From the NCBI RefSeq assembly GCF_009914755.1, contig NC_060947.1: a stretch of 64,000 nt of DNA; one strand, written 5' to 3'. The translations under genes were made by a program, and so were the position numbers. Within the stretch, counting starts at the first letter, position 1. Each line of letters opens with the position of its first letter. This DNA is from the human T2T-CHM13v2.0 reference genome, Homo sapiens. The notes beneath the pieces are model-generated. The model was not told the DNA's origin. It saw only the letters and a program-made list of their open reading frames with translations, and did not search any database. Below, in pieces: positions 35,201 to 49,500 of this stretch.

Positions 35201-38200
35201 GAAATCTTCAAAGAGGTCCACATATCCCCTTGCAGATTCCAAAGAAAGAGGGTTTCAAAACTGCTCCATCAGAAGGATTGTTCAACTCTGTGAGTTGAAT
35301 GCAGTCATCGCAGAAAACTTTCTGAGAATGCTTCTGTCTAGGTTTGATGTGAAGATATAGACGTTTCAAACGAAGGCTACAAAGTGGTCAAAATATACAC
35401 TTGCAGATTCTACTACAAGGGTGTTGCAAACCTGAACTATCAAAGGAAGGTTCAACTCTGTGAGTTGAATACAAACATCACAAAGAATGTTCTGAGTTTG
35501 CTTCCGTTCAGTTATGGGAAGTTGATCCCGTTTCCAACGAAATCCTCAGAGAGGTCTAAATATCCCCTTGCAGATTCTACAAAACGTGTGTTTGGAAACT
35601 GCTCCATCATAACGAATGTTCAGCTCCCTGAGTTAAACTCCATCGTCACAAAGAATTTTCTGAGAGTGCTACCGTCTGGTTTTTATATGAAGTTCTTTCC
35701 TTCACTACCACAGACCTCAAAGCGGTCCAAATCTCCACTTGCAGATTCTACAAAAAGAGTGTTTGCAAACTGCTCTATCAAAAGGAATGTTCAACTCTGG
35801 GAGTTGAATGCAATCATCACAGAGCAGTTTCTGAGAATGCTTCTATGTCGTTTTTAGGAGAAGATATTTCCTTTTCCAACACAGTCCTCCAAGCCCGCTA
35901 AATAGCCACTTGCACATTGTAGAAAAAGTGTGTCAAAGCTGCGCTATCAAAGGGAAAGTTCAACTCTGTGAGGTGAATGCAAACATCCCAAAGAAGTTTC
36001 TGAGAATGCTTCCGTTTAGCTTTTAGGTGAAGATTATCCCGTTTCCAACGAAACCTTCAAAGAGGTCCAAATATCCCCTTGCGGATCCCACAGAAAGAGT
36101 GTTTCGAAACTGCTGTTTCAAAAGGAATCTTCAACTCTGTGAGTTGAATGCAATCATCACAAAGAAGTTTCTGACAATGCTTCTCTCTCGTCTTTCTGTG
36201 AAGATAAAGGAAAAGGCTTTCAGGCCTTTTCCACCACAGGCCTGAAAGCGCTCCAAATGTCCACTTGCAGATTCTGCGAAAAGAATATTTCAAAACTGCT
36301 CTATGAAAAGCAATGTTAAACTCTGTGGCTCGAACACAAACATCACAAAGCGGTTTCTGAGAATGCTTCAGTTTAGTTTTTCTGTGGAAATATTCCCGTT
36401 TCCAAAGAAATCTTCAAAGAGGTCCACGTATCCACTTACAGATTCTACAAAAAGACAGTTTCAAAACTGCTCCATCAAAAGGAGGGTTCAACTGTGTGAC
36501 TTGAATGCAATCATCACTCAGAAGTTTCTGAGAATGCTTCTCTTTAGTTTTTACGTGAACATATACCCGTTTCGAACGAAGGCCAGCCAGTGGTCCAAAT
36601 ATCCACTTGCAGATTCTACAGAAAGAGTGTTTCGAACCTGAACTCTCAAAGGCAGGTTCATCTCTGCGAGTTAAATGCATTCATCATGAAGAACTTTCTC
36701 AGAGTGTTTGTGTTTAGTTATGGGAAATTATTCCCGTTTCCAACGAAATCCTCAGAGAGCTCCAAATATCCACCTGCAGATTCTACCAAAAGTGTATTTG
36801 GAAACTGCTCCATCAAAAGGCATGTTCAGCTCTGTGAGTGAAACTCCATCATCACAAAGAATATTCTGAGAATGCTTCCGTTTGCCTTTTATATGAAGTT
36901 CCTTCCTATACGACCGTAGGCCTCAAAGCAGTCCAAATCTCCATTTGCAGATTCTACAAAAAGAGTGATTCCAATCTGCTCTATCAATAGGATTGTTCAA
37001 CTCCATGAGTTGAATGCCATCCTCACAAAGTAGTTTCTGAGAATGCTTCTATCTAGTTTTTATGTGAAGATATTTCCTTTTCCACCACAGGCCTCAAAGC
37101 CCTCCAAACGTCCACTTGCAGATTCTCGAAAAAGAGTGTTTCATAGCTGCTCTTTCAAAAGGAAAGTTCAACTCTGGGAGTTGAATACAAACATCACAAA
37201 GTAGTTTCCGAGAATGCTTCTGTTTAGTTTTTATGTGAAGATGATCCCGTTTCCAGTGAAATCTTCAAAGAGGTCCACATATCCCCTTGCAGATTCCAAA
37301 GAAAGAGGGTTTCAAAACTGCTCCATCAGAAGGATTGTTCAACTCTGTGAGTTGAATGCAGTCATCGCAGAAAACTTTCTGAGAATGCTTCTGTCTAGGT
37401 TTGATGTGAAGATATAGACGTTTCAAACGAAGGCTACAAAGTGGTCAAAATATACACTTGCAGATTCTACTACAAGGGTGTTGCAAACCTGAACTATCAA
37501 AGGAAGGTTCAACTCTGTGAGTTGAATACAAACATCACAAAGAATGTTCTGAGTTTGCTTCCGTTCAGTTATGGGAAGTTGATCCCGTTTCCAACGAAAT
37601 CCTCAGAGAGGTCCAAATATCCCCTTGCAGATTCTACAAAACGTGTGTTTGGAAACTGCTCCATCATAACGAATGTTCAGCTCCCTGAGTTAAACTCCAT
37701 CGTCACAAAGAATTTTCTGAGAGTGCTACCGTCTGGTTTTTATATGAAGTTCTTTCCTTCACTACCACAGGCCTCAAAGCGGTCCAAATCTCCACTTGCA
37801 GATTCTACAAAAAGAGTGTTTGCAAACTGCTCTATCAAAAGGAATGTTCAACTCTGGGAGTTGAATGCAATCATCACAGAGCAGTTTCTGAGAATGCTTC
37901 TATGTCGTTTTTAGGAGAAGATATTTCCTTTTCCAACACAGTCCTCCAAGCCCGCTAAATAGCCACTTGCACATTGTAGAAAAAGTGTGTCAAAGCTGCG
38001 CTATCAAAGGGAAAGTTCAACTCTGTGAGTTGAATGCAAACATCCCAAAGAAGTTTCTGAGAATGCTTCCGTTTAGCTTTTAGGTGAAGATTATCCCGTT
38101 TCCAACGAAACCTTCAAAGAGGTCCAAATATCCCCTTGCGGATCCCACAGAAAGAGTGTTTCGAAACTGCTGTTTCAAAAGGAATCTTCAACTCTGTGAG

Positions 38201-41200
38201 TTGAATGCAATCATCACAAAGAAGTTTCTGACAATGCTTCTCTCTCGTCTTTCTGTGAAGATAAAGGAAAAGGCTTTCAGGCCTTTTCCACCACAGGCCT
38301 GAAAGCGCTCCAAATGTCCACTTGCAGATTCTGCGAAAAGAATATTTCAAAACTGCTCTATGAAAAGCAATGTTAAACTCTGTGGCTCGAACACAAACAT
38401 CACAAAGCGGTTTCTGAGAATGCTTCAGTTTAGTTTTTCTGTGGAAATATTCCCGTTTCCAAAGAAATCTTCAAAGAGGTCCACGTATCCACTTACAGAT
38501 TCTACAAAAAGACAGTTTCAAAACTGCTCCATCAAAAGGAGGGTTCAACTGTGTGACTTGAATGCAATCATCACTCAGAAGTTTCTGAGAATGCTTCTCT
38601 TTAGTTTTTACGTGAACATATACCCGTTTCGAACGAAGGCCAGCCAGTGGTCCAAATATCCACTTGCAGATTCTACAGAAACAGTGTTTCGAACCTGAAC
38701 TCTCAAAGGCAGGTTCATCTCTGCGAGTTAAATGCATTCATCATGAAGAACTTTCTCAGAGTGTTTGTGTTTAGTTATGGGAAATTATTCCCGTTTCCAA
38801 CGAAATCCTCAGAGAGCTCCAAATATCCACCTGCAGATTCTACCAAAAGTGTATTTGGAAACCGCTCCATCAAAAGGCATGTTCAGCTCTGTCAGTGAAA
38901 CTCCATCATCACAAAGAATATTCTGAGAATGCTTCCGTTTGCCTTTTATATGAAGTTCCTTCCTATACGACCGTAGGCCTCAAAGCAGTCCAAATCTCCA
39001 TTTGCAGATTCTACAAAAAGAGTGATTCCAATCTGCTCTATCAATAGGATTGTTCAACTCCATGAGTTGAATGCCATCCTCACAAAGTAGTTTCTGAGAA
39101 TGCTTCTATCTAGTTTTTATGTGAAGATATTTCCTTTTCCACCACAGGCCTCAAAGCCCTCCAAACGTCCACTTGCAGATTCTCGAAAAAGAGTGTTTCA
39201 TAGCTGCTCTTTCAAAAGGAAAGTTCAACTCTGGGAGTTGAATACAAACATCACAAAGTAGTTTCCGAGAATGCTTCTGTTTAGTTTTTATGTGAAGATG
39301 ATCCCGTTTCCAGTGAAATCTTCAAAGAGGTCCACATATCCCCTTGCAGATTCCAAAGAAAGAGGGTTTCAAAACTGCTCCATCAGAAGGATTGTTCAAC
39401 TCTGTGAGTTGAATGCAGTCATCGCAGAAAACTTTCTGAGAATGCTTCTGTCTAGGTTTGATGTGAAGATATAGACGTTTCAAACGAAGGCTACAAAGTG
39501 GTCAAAATATACACTTGCAGATTCTACTACAAGGGTGTTGCAAACCTGAACTATCAAAGGAAGGTTCAACTCTGTGAGTTGAATACAAACATCACAAAGA
39601 ATGTTCTGAGTTTGCTTCCGTTCAGTTATGGGAAGTTGATCCCGTTTCCAACGAAATCCTCAGAGAGGTCCAAATATCCCCTTGCAGATTCTACAAAACG
39701 TGTGTTTGGAAACTGCTCCATCATAACGAATGTTCAGCTCCCTGAGTTAAACTCCATCGTCACAAAGAATTTTCTGAGAGTGCTACCGTCTGGTTTTTAT
39801 ATGAAGTTCTTTCCTTCACTACCACAGACCTCAAAGCGGTCCAAATCTCCACTTGCAGATTCTACAAAAAGAGTGTTTGCAAACTGCTCTATCAAAAGGA
39901 ATGTTCAACTCTGGGAGTTGAATGCAATCATCACAGAGCAGTTTCTGAGAATGCTTCTATGTCGTTTTTAGGAGAAGATATTTCCTTTTCCAACACAGTC
40001 CTCCAAGCCCGCTAAATAGCCACTTGCACATTGTAGAAAAAGTGTGTCAAAGCTGCGCTATCAAAGGGAAAGTTCAACTCTGTGAGGTGAATGCAAACAT
40101 CCCAAAGAAGTTTCTGAGAATGCTTCCGTTTAGCTTTTAGGTGAAGATTATCCCGTTTCCAACGAAACCTTCAAAGAGGTCCAAATATCCCCTTGCGGAT
40201 CCCACAGAAAGAGAGTTTCGAAACTGCTGTTTCAAAAGGAATCTTCAACTCTGTGAGTTGAATGCAATCATCACAAAGAAGTTTCTGACAATGCTTCTCT
40301 CTCGTCTTTCTGTGAAGATAAAGGAAAAGGCTTTCAGGCCTTTTCCACCACAGGCCTGAAAGCGCTCCAAATGTCCACTTGCAGATTCTGCGAAAAGAAT
40401 ATTTCAAAACTGCTCTATGAAAAGCAATGTTAAACTCTGTGGCTCGAACACAAACATCACAAAGCGGTTTCTGAGAATGCTTCAGTTTAGTTTTTCTGTG
40501 GAAATATTCCCGTTTCCAAAGAAATCTTCAAAGAGGTCCACGTATCCACTTACAGATTCTACAAAAAGACAGTTTCAAAACTGCTCCATCAAAAGGAGGG
40601 TTCAACTGTGTGACTTGAATGCAATCATCACTCAGAAGTTTCTGAGAATGCTTCTCTTTAGTTTTTACGTGAACATATACCCGTTTCGAACGAAGGCCAG
40701 CCAGTGGTCCAAATATCCACTTGCAGATTCTACAGAAAGAGTGTTTCGAACCTGAACTCTCAAAGGCAGGTTCATCTCTGCGAGTTAAATGCATTCATCA
40801 TGAAGAACTTTCACAGAGTGTTTGTGTTTAGTTATGGGAAATTATTCCCGTTTCCAACGAAATCCTCAGAGAGCTCCAAATATCCACCTGCAGATTCTAC
40901 CAAAAGTGTATTTGGAAACTGCTCCATCAAAAGGCATGTTCAGCTCTGTGAGTGAAACTCCATCATCACAAAGAATATTCTGAGAATGCTTCCGTTTGCC
41001 TTTTATATGAAGTTCCTTCCTATACTAACGTAGGCCTCAAAGCAGTCCAAATCTCCATTTGCAGATTCTACAAAAAGAGTGATTCCAATCTGCTCTATCA
41101 ATAGGATTGTTCAACTCCATGAGTTGAATGCCATCCTCACAAAGTAGTTTCTGAGAATGCTTCTATCTAGTTTTTATGTGAAGATATTTCCTTTTCCACC

Positions 41201-44200
41201 ACAGGCCTCAAAGCCCTCCAAACGTCCACTTGCAGATTCTCGAAAAAGAGTGTTTCATAGCTGCTCTTTCAAAAGGAAAGTTCAACTCTGGGAGTTGAAT
41301 ACAAACATCACAAAGTAGTTTCCGAGAATGCTTCTGTTTAGTTGTTATGTGAAGATGATCCCGTTTCCAGTGAAATCTTCAAAGAGGTTCACATATCCCA
41401 TTGCAGATTCCAAAGAAAGAGGGTTTCAAAACTGCTCCATCAGAAGGATTGTTCAACTCTGTGAGTTGAATGCAGTCATCGCAGAAAACTTTCTGAGAAT
41501 GCTTCTGTCTAGGTTTGATGTGAAGATATAGACGTTTCAAACGAAGGCTACAAAGTGGTCAAAATATACACTTGCAGATTCTACTACAAGGGTGTTGCAA
41601 ACCTGAACTATCAAAGGAAGGTTCAACTCTGTGAGTTGAATACAAACATCACAAAGAATGTTCTGAGTTTGCTTCCGTTCAGTTATGGGAAGTTGATCCC
41701 GTTTCCAACGAAATCCTCAGAGAGGTCCAAATATCCCCTTGCAGATTCTACAAAACGTGTGTTTGGAAACTGCTCCATCATAACGAATGTTCAGCTCCCT
41801 GAGTTAAACTCCATCGTCACAAAGAATTTTCTGAGAGTGCTACCGTCTGGTTTTTATATGAAGCTCTTTCCTTCACTACCAGAGGCCTCAAAGCGGTCCA
41901 AATCTCCACTTGCAGATTCTACAAAAAGAGTGTTTGCAAACTGCTCTATCAAAAGGAATGTTCAACTCTGGGAGTTGAATGCAATCATCACAGAGCAGTT
42001 TCTGAGAATGCTTCTATGTCGTTTTTAGGAGAAGATATTTCCTTTTCCAACACAGTCCTCCAAGCCCGCTAAATAGCCACTTGCACATTGTAGAAAAAGT
42101 GTGTCAAAGCTGCGCTATCAAAGGGAAAGTTCAACTCTGTGAGGTGAATGCAAACATCGCAAAGAAGTTTCTGAGAATGCTTCCGTTTAGCTTTTAGGTG
42201 AAGATTATCCCGTTTCCAACGAAACCTTCAAAGAGGTCCAAATATCCCCTTGCGGATCCCACAGAAAGAGTGTTTCGAAACTGCTGTTTCAAAAGGAATC
42301 TTCAACTCTGTGAGTTGAATGCAATCATCACAAAGAAGTTTCTGACAATGCTTCTCTCTCGTCTTTCTGTGAAGATAAAGGAAAAGGCTTTCAGGCCTTT
42401 TCCACCACAGGCCTGAAAGCGCTCCAAATGTCCACTTGCAGATTCTGCGAAAAGAATATTTCAAAACTGCTCTATGAAAAGCAATGTTAAACTCTGTGGC
42501 TCGAACACAAACATCACAAAGCGGTTTCTGAGAATGCTTCAGTTTACTTTTTCTGTGGAAATATTCCCGTTTCCAAAGAAATCTTCAAAGAGGTCCACGT
42601 ATCCACTTACAGATTCTACAAAAAGACAGTTTCAAAACTGCTCCATCAAAAGGAGGGTTCAACTGTGTGACTTGAATGCAATCATCACTCAGAAGTTTCT
42701 GAGAATGCTTCTCTTTAGTTTTTACGTGAACATATACCCGTTTCGAACGAAGGCCAGCCAGTGGTCCAAATATCCACTTGCAGATTCTACAGAAAGAGTG
42801 TTTCGAACCTGAACTCTCAAAGGCAGGTTCATCTCTGCGAGTTAAATGCATTCATCATGAAGAACTTTCTCAGAGTGTTTGTGTTTAGTTATGGGAAATT
42901 ATTCCCGTTTCCAACGAAATCCTCAGAGAGCTCCAAATATCCACCTGCAGATTCTACCAAAAGTGTATTTGGAAACTGCTCCATCAAAAGGCATGTTCAG
43001 CTCTGTGAGTGAAACTCCATCATCACAAAGAATATTCTGAGAATGCTTCCGTTTGCCTTTTATATGAAGTTCCTTCCTATACGACCGTAGGCCTCAAAGC
43101 AGTCCAAATCTCCATTTGCAGATTCTACAAAAAGAGTGATTCCAATCTGCTCTATCAATAGGATTGTTCAACTCCATGAGTTGAATGCCATCCTCACAAA
43201 GTAGTTTCTGAGAATGCTTCTATCTAGTTTTTATGTGAAGATATTTCCTTTTCCACCACAGGCCTCAAAGCCCTCCAAACGTCCACTTGCAGATTCTCGA
43301 AAAAGAGTGTTTCATAGCTGCTCTTTCAAAAGGAAAGTTCAACTCTGGGAGTTGAATACAAACATCACAAAGTAGTTTCCGAGAATGCTTCTGTTTAGTT
43401 TTTATGTGAAGATGATCCCGTTTCCAGTGAAATCTTCAAAGAGGTCCACATATCCCCTTGCAGATTCCAAAGAAAGAGGGTTTCAAAACTGCTCCATCAG
43501 AAGGATTGTTCAACTCTGTGAGTTGAATGCAGTCATCGCAGAAAACTTTCTGAGAATGCTTCTGTCTAGGTTTGATGTGAAGATATAGACGTTTCAAACG
43601 AAGGCTACAAAGTGGTCAAAATATACACTTGCAGATTCTACTACAAGGGTGTTGCAAACCTGAACTATCAAAGGAAGGTTCAACTCTGTGAGTTGAATAC
43701 AAACATCACAAAGAATGTTCTGAGTTTGCTTCCGTTCAGTTATGGGAAGTTGATCCCGTTTCCAACGAAATCCTCAGAGAGGTCCAAATATCCCCTTGCA
43801 GATTCTACAAAACGTGTGTTTGGAAACTGCTCCATCATAACGAATGTTCAGCTCCCTGAGTTAAACTCCATCGTCACAAAGAATTTTCTGAGAGTGCTAC
43901 CGTCTGGTTTTTATATGAAGCTCTTTCCTTCACTACCACAGGCCTCAAAGCGGTCCAAATCTCCACTTGCAGATTCTACAAAAAGAGTGTTTGCAAACTG
44001 CTCTATCAAAAGGAATGTTCAACTCTGGGAGTTGAATGCAATCATCACAGAGCAGTTTCTGAGAATGCTTCTATGTCGTTTTTAGGAGAAGATATTTCCT
44101 TTTCCAACACAGTCCTCCAAGCCCGCTAAATAGCCACTTGCACATTGTAGAAAAAGTGTGTCAAAGCTGCGCTATCAAAGGGAAAGTTCAACTCTGTGAG

Positions 44201-46562
44201 GTGAATGCAAACATCCCAAAGAAGTTTCTGAGAATGCTTCCGTTTAGCTTTTAGGTGAAGATTATCCCGTTTCCAACGAAACCTTCAAAGAGGTCCAAAT
44301 ATCCCCTTGCGGATCCCACAGAAAGAGTGTTTCGAAACTGCTGTTTCAAAAGGAATCTTCAACTCTGTGAGTTGAATGCAATCATCACAAAGAAGTTTCT
44401 GACAATGCTTCTCTCTCGTCTTTCTGTGAAGATAAAGGAAAAGGCTTTCAGGCCTTTTCCACCACAGGCCTGAAAGCGCTCCAAATGTCCACTTGCAGAT
44501 TCTGCGAAAAGAATATTTCAAAACTGCTCTATGAAAAGCAATGTTAAACTCTGTGGCTCGAACACAAACATCAAAAAGCGGTTTCTGAGAATGCTTCAGT
44601 TTAGTTTTTCTGTGGAAATATTCCCGTTTCCAAAGAAATCTTCAAAGAGGTCCACGTATCCACTTACAGATTCTACAAAAAGACAGTTTCAAAACTGCTC
44701 CATCAAAAGGAGGGTTCAACTGTGTGACTTGAATGCAATCATCACTCAGAAGTTTCTGAGAATGCTTCTCTTTAGTTTTTACGTGAACATATACCCGTTT
44801 CGAACGAAGGCCAGCCAGTGGTCCAAATATCCACTTGCAGATTCTACAGAAAGAGTGTTTCGAACCTGAACTCTCAAAGGCAGGTTCATCTCTGCGAGTT
44901 AAATGCATTCATCATGAAGAACTTTCTCAGAGTGTTTGTGTTTAGTTATGGGAAATTATTCCCGTTTCCAACGAAATCCTCAGAGAGCTCCAAATATCCA
45001 CCTGCAGATTCTACCAAAAGTGTATTTGGAAACTGCTCCATCAAAAGGCATGTTCAGCTCTGTGAGTGAAACTCCATCATCACAAAGAATATTCTGAGAA
45101 TGCTTCCGTTTGCCTTTTATATGAAGTTCCTTCCTATACGACCGTAGGCCTCAAAGCAGTCCAAATCTCCATTTGCAGATTCTACAAAAAGAGTGATTCC
45201 AATCTGCTCTATCAATAGGATTGTTCAACTCCATGAGTTGAATGCCATCCTCACAAAGTAGTTTCTGAGAATGCTTCTATCTAGTTTTTATGTGAAGATA
45301 TTTCCTTTTCCACCACAGGCCTCAAAGCCCTCCAAACGTCCACTTGCAGATTCTCGAAAAAGAGTGTTTCATAGCTGCTCTTTCAAAAGGAAAGTTCAAC
45401 TCTGGGAGTTGAATACAAACATCACAAAGTAGTTTCCGAGAATGCTTCTGTTTAGTTTTTATGTGAAGATGATCCCGTTTCCAGTGAAATCTTCAAAGAG
45501 GTCCACATATCCCCTTGCAGATTCCAAAGAAAGAGGGTTTCAAAACTGCTCCATCAGAAGGATTGTTCAACTCTGTGAGTTGAATGCAGTCATCGCAGAA
45601 AACTTTCTGAGAATGCTTCTGTCTAGGTTTGATGTGAAGATATAGACGTTTCAAACGAAGGCTACAAAGTGGTCAAAATATACACTTGCAGATTCTACTA
45701 CAAGGGTGTTGCAAACCTGAACTATCAAAGGAAGGTTCAACTCTGTGAGTTGAATACAAACATCACAAAGAATGTTCTGAGTTTGCTTCCGTTCAGTTAT
45801 GGGAAGTTGATCCCGTTTCCAACGAAATCCTCAGAGAGGTCCAAATATCCCCTTGCAGATTCTACAAAACGTGTGTTTGGAAACTGCTCCATCATAACGA
45901 ATGTTCAGCTCCCTGAGTTAAACTCCATCGTCACAAAGAATTTTCTGAGAGTGCTACCGTCTGGTTTTTATATGAAGCTCTTTCCTTCACTACCACAGGC
46001 CTCAAAGCGGTCCAAATCTCCACTTGCAGATTCTACAAAAAGAGTGTTTGCAAACTGCTCTATCAAAAGGAATGTTCAACTCTGGGAGTTGAATGCAATC
46101 ATCACAGAGCAGTTTCTGAGAATGCTTCTATGTCGTTTTTAGGAGAAGATATTTCCTTTTCCAACACAGTCCTCCAAGCCCGCTAAATAGCCACTTGCAC
46201 ATTGTAGAAAAAGTGTGTCAAAGCTGCGCTATCAAAGGGAAAGTTCAACTCTGTGAGGTGAATGCAAACATCCCAAAGAAGTTTCTGAGAATGCTTCCGT
46301 TTAGCTTTTAGGTGAAGATTATCCCGTTTCCAACGAAACCTTCAAAGAGGTCCAAATATCCCCTTGCGGATCCCACAGAAAGAGTGTTTCGAAACTGCTG
46401 TTTCAAAAGGAATCTTCAACTCTGTGAGTTGAATGCAATCATCACAAAGAAGTTTCTGACAATGCTTCTCTCTCGTCTTTCTGTGAAGATAAAGGAAAAG
46501 GCTTTCAGGCCTTTTCCACCACAGGCCTGAAAGCGCTCCAAATGTCCACTTGCAGATTCTGC
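17202..46562. repeat. 7-HOR (14,399-bp) tandem duplication: units ~10-16 repeated as ~17-23
   Basis: About 19 rare SNVs recur in the same order at +14399 (e.g. 19032/33431, 19150/33549, 20486/34885, 24283/38682, 26945/41344, 30175/44574). Also visible in the ORF track (ETV, NRS..CQ, FHR, SCY..RFTYPI, NIKK variants). Confidence 0.93.
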
Positions 46563-49500
46563 CAAAAGAATATTTCAAAACTGCTCTATGAAAAGCAATG
46601 TTAAACTCTGTGGCTCGAACACAAACATCACAAAGCGGTTTCTGAGAATGCTTCAGTTTAGTTTTTCTGTGGAAATATTCCCGTTTCCAAAGAAATCTTC
46701 AAAGAGGTCCACGTATCCACTTACAGATTCTACAAAAAGACAGTTTCAAAACTGCTCCATCAAAAGGAGGGTTCAACTGTGTGACTTGAATGCAATCATC
46801 ACTCAGAAGTTTCTGAGAATGCTTCTCTTTAGTTTTTACGTGAACATATACCCGTTTCGAACGAAGGCCAGCCAGTGGTCCAAATATCCACTTGCAGATT
46901 CTACAGAAAGAGTGTTTCGAACCTGAACTCTCAAAGGCAGGTTCATCTCTGCGAGTTAAATGCATTCATCATGAAGAACTTTCTCAGAGTGTTTGTGTTT
47001 AGTTATGGGAAATTATTCCCGTTTCCAACGAAATCCTCAGAGAGCTCCAAATATCCACCTGCAGATTCTACCAAAAGTGTATTTGGAAACTGCTCCATCA
47101 AAAGGCATGTTCAGCTCTGTGAGTGAAACTCCATCATCACAAAGAATATTCTGAGAATGCTTCCGTTTGCCTTTTATATGAAGTTCCTTCCTATACGACC
47201 GTAGGCCTCAAAGCAGTCCAAATCTCCATTTGCAGATTCTACAAAAAGAGTGATTCCAATCTGCTCTATCAATAGGATTGTTCAACTCCATGAGTTGAAT
47301 GCCATCCTCACAAAGTAGTTTCTGAGAATGCTTCTATCTAGTTTTTATGTGAAGATATTTCCTTTTCCACCACAGGCCTCAAAGCCCTCCAAACGTCCAC
47401 TTGCAGATTCTCGAAAAAGAGTGTTTCATAGCTGCTCTTTCAAAAGGAAAGTTCAACTCTGGGAGTTGAATACAAACATCACAAAGTAGTTTCCGAGAAT
47501 GCTTCTGTTTAGTTTTTATGTGAAGATGATCCCGTTTCCAGTGAAATCTTCAAAGAGGTCCACATATCCCCTTGCAGATTCCAAAGAAAGAGGGTTTCAA
47601 AACTGCTCCATCAGAAGGATTGTTCAACTCTGTGAGTTGAATGCAGTCATCGCAGAAAACTTTCTGAGAATGCTTCTGTCTAGGTTTGATGTGAAGATAT
47701 AGACGTTTCAAACGAAGGCTACAAAGTGGTCAAAATATACACTTGCAGATTCTACTACAAGGGTGTTGCAAACCTGAACTATCAAAGGAAGGTTCAACTC
47801 TGTGAGTTGAATACAAACATCACAAAGAATGTTCTGAGTTTGCTTCCGTTCAGTTATGGGAAGTTGATCCCGTTTCCAACGAAATCCTCAGAGAGGTCCA
47901 AATATCCCCTTGCAGATTCTACAAAACGTGTGTTTGGAAACTGCTCCATCATAACGAATGTTCAGCTCCCTGAGTTAAACTCCATCGTCACAAAGAATTT
48001 TCTGAGAGTGCTACCGTCTGGTTTTTATATGAAGCTCTTTCCTTCACTATCACAGGCCTCAAAGCGGTCCAAATCTCCACTTCCAGATTCTACAAAAAGA
48101 GTGTTTGCAAACTGCTCTATCAAAAGGAATGTTCAACTCTGGGAGTTGAATGCAATCATCACAGAGCAGTTTCTGAGAATGCTTCTATGTCGTTTTTAGG
48201 AGAAGATATTTCCTTTTCCAACACAGTCCTCCAAGCCCGCTAAATAGCCACTTGCACATTGTAGAAAAAGTGTGTCAAAGCTGCGCTATCAAAGGGAAAG
48301 TTCAACTCTGTGAGGTGAATGCAAACATCCCAAAGAAGTTTCTGAGAATGCTTCCGTTTAGCTTTTAGGTGAAGATTATCCCGTTTCCAACGAAACCTTC
48401 AAAGAGGTCCAAATATCCCCTTGCGGATCCCACAGAAAGAGTGTTTCGAAACTGCTGTTTCAAAAGGAATCTTCAACTCTGTGAGTTGAATGCAATCATC
48501 ACAAAGAAGTTTCTGACAATGCTTCTCTCTCGTCTTTCTGTGAAGATAAAGGAAAAGGCTTTCAGGCCTTTTCCACCACAGGCCTGAAAGCGCTCCAAAT
48601 GTCCACTTGCAGATTCTGCGAAAAGAATATTTCAAAACTGCTCTACGAAAAGCAATGTTAAACTCTGTGGCTCGAACACAAACATCACAAAGCGGTTTCT
48701 GAGAATGCTTCAGTTTAGTTTTTCTGTGGAAATATTCCCGTTTCCAAAGAAATCTTCAAAGAGGTCCACGTATCCACTTACAGATTCTACAAAAAGACAG
48801 TTTCAAAACTGCTCCATCAAAAGGAGGGTTCAACTGTGTGACTTGAATGCAATCATCACTCAGAAGTTTCTGAGAATGCTTCTCTTTAGTTTTTACGTGA
48901 ACATATACCCGTTTCGAACGAAGGCCAGCCAGTGGTCCAAATATCCACTTGCAGATTCTACAGAAAGAGTGTTTCGAACCTGAACTCTCAAAGGCAGGTT
49001 CATCTCTGCGAGTTAAATGCATTCATCATGAAGAACTTTCTCAGAGTGTTTGTGTTTAGTTATGGGAAATTATTCCCGTTTCCAACGAAATCCTCAGAGA
49101 GCTCCAAATATCCACCTGCAGATTCTACCAAAAGTGTATTTGGAAACTGCTCCATCAAAAGGCATGTTCAGCTCTGTGAGTGAAACTCCATCATCACAAA
49201 GAATATTCTGAGAATGCTTCCGTTTGCCTTTTATATGAAGTTCCTTCCTATACGACCGTAGGCCTCAAAGCAGTCCAAATCTCCATTTGCAGATTCTACA
49301 AAAAGAGTGATTCCAATCTGCTCTATCAATAGGATTGTTCAACTCCATGAGTTGAATGCCATCCTCACAAAGTCGTTTCTGAGAATGCTTCTATCTAGTT
49401 TTTATGTGAAGATATTTCCTTTTCCACCACAGGCCTCAAAGCCCTCCAAACGTCCACTTGCAGATTCTCGAAAAAGAGTGTTTCATAGCTGCTCTTTGAA

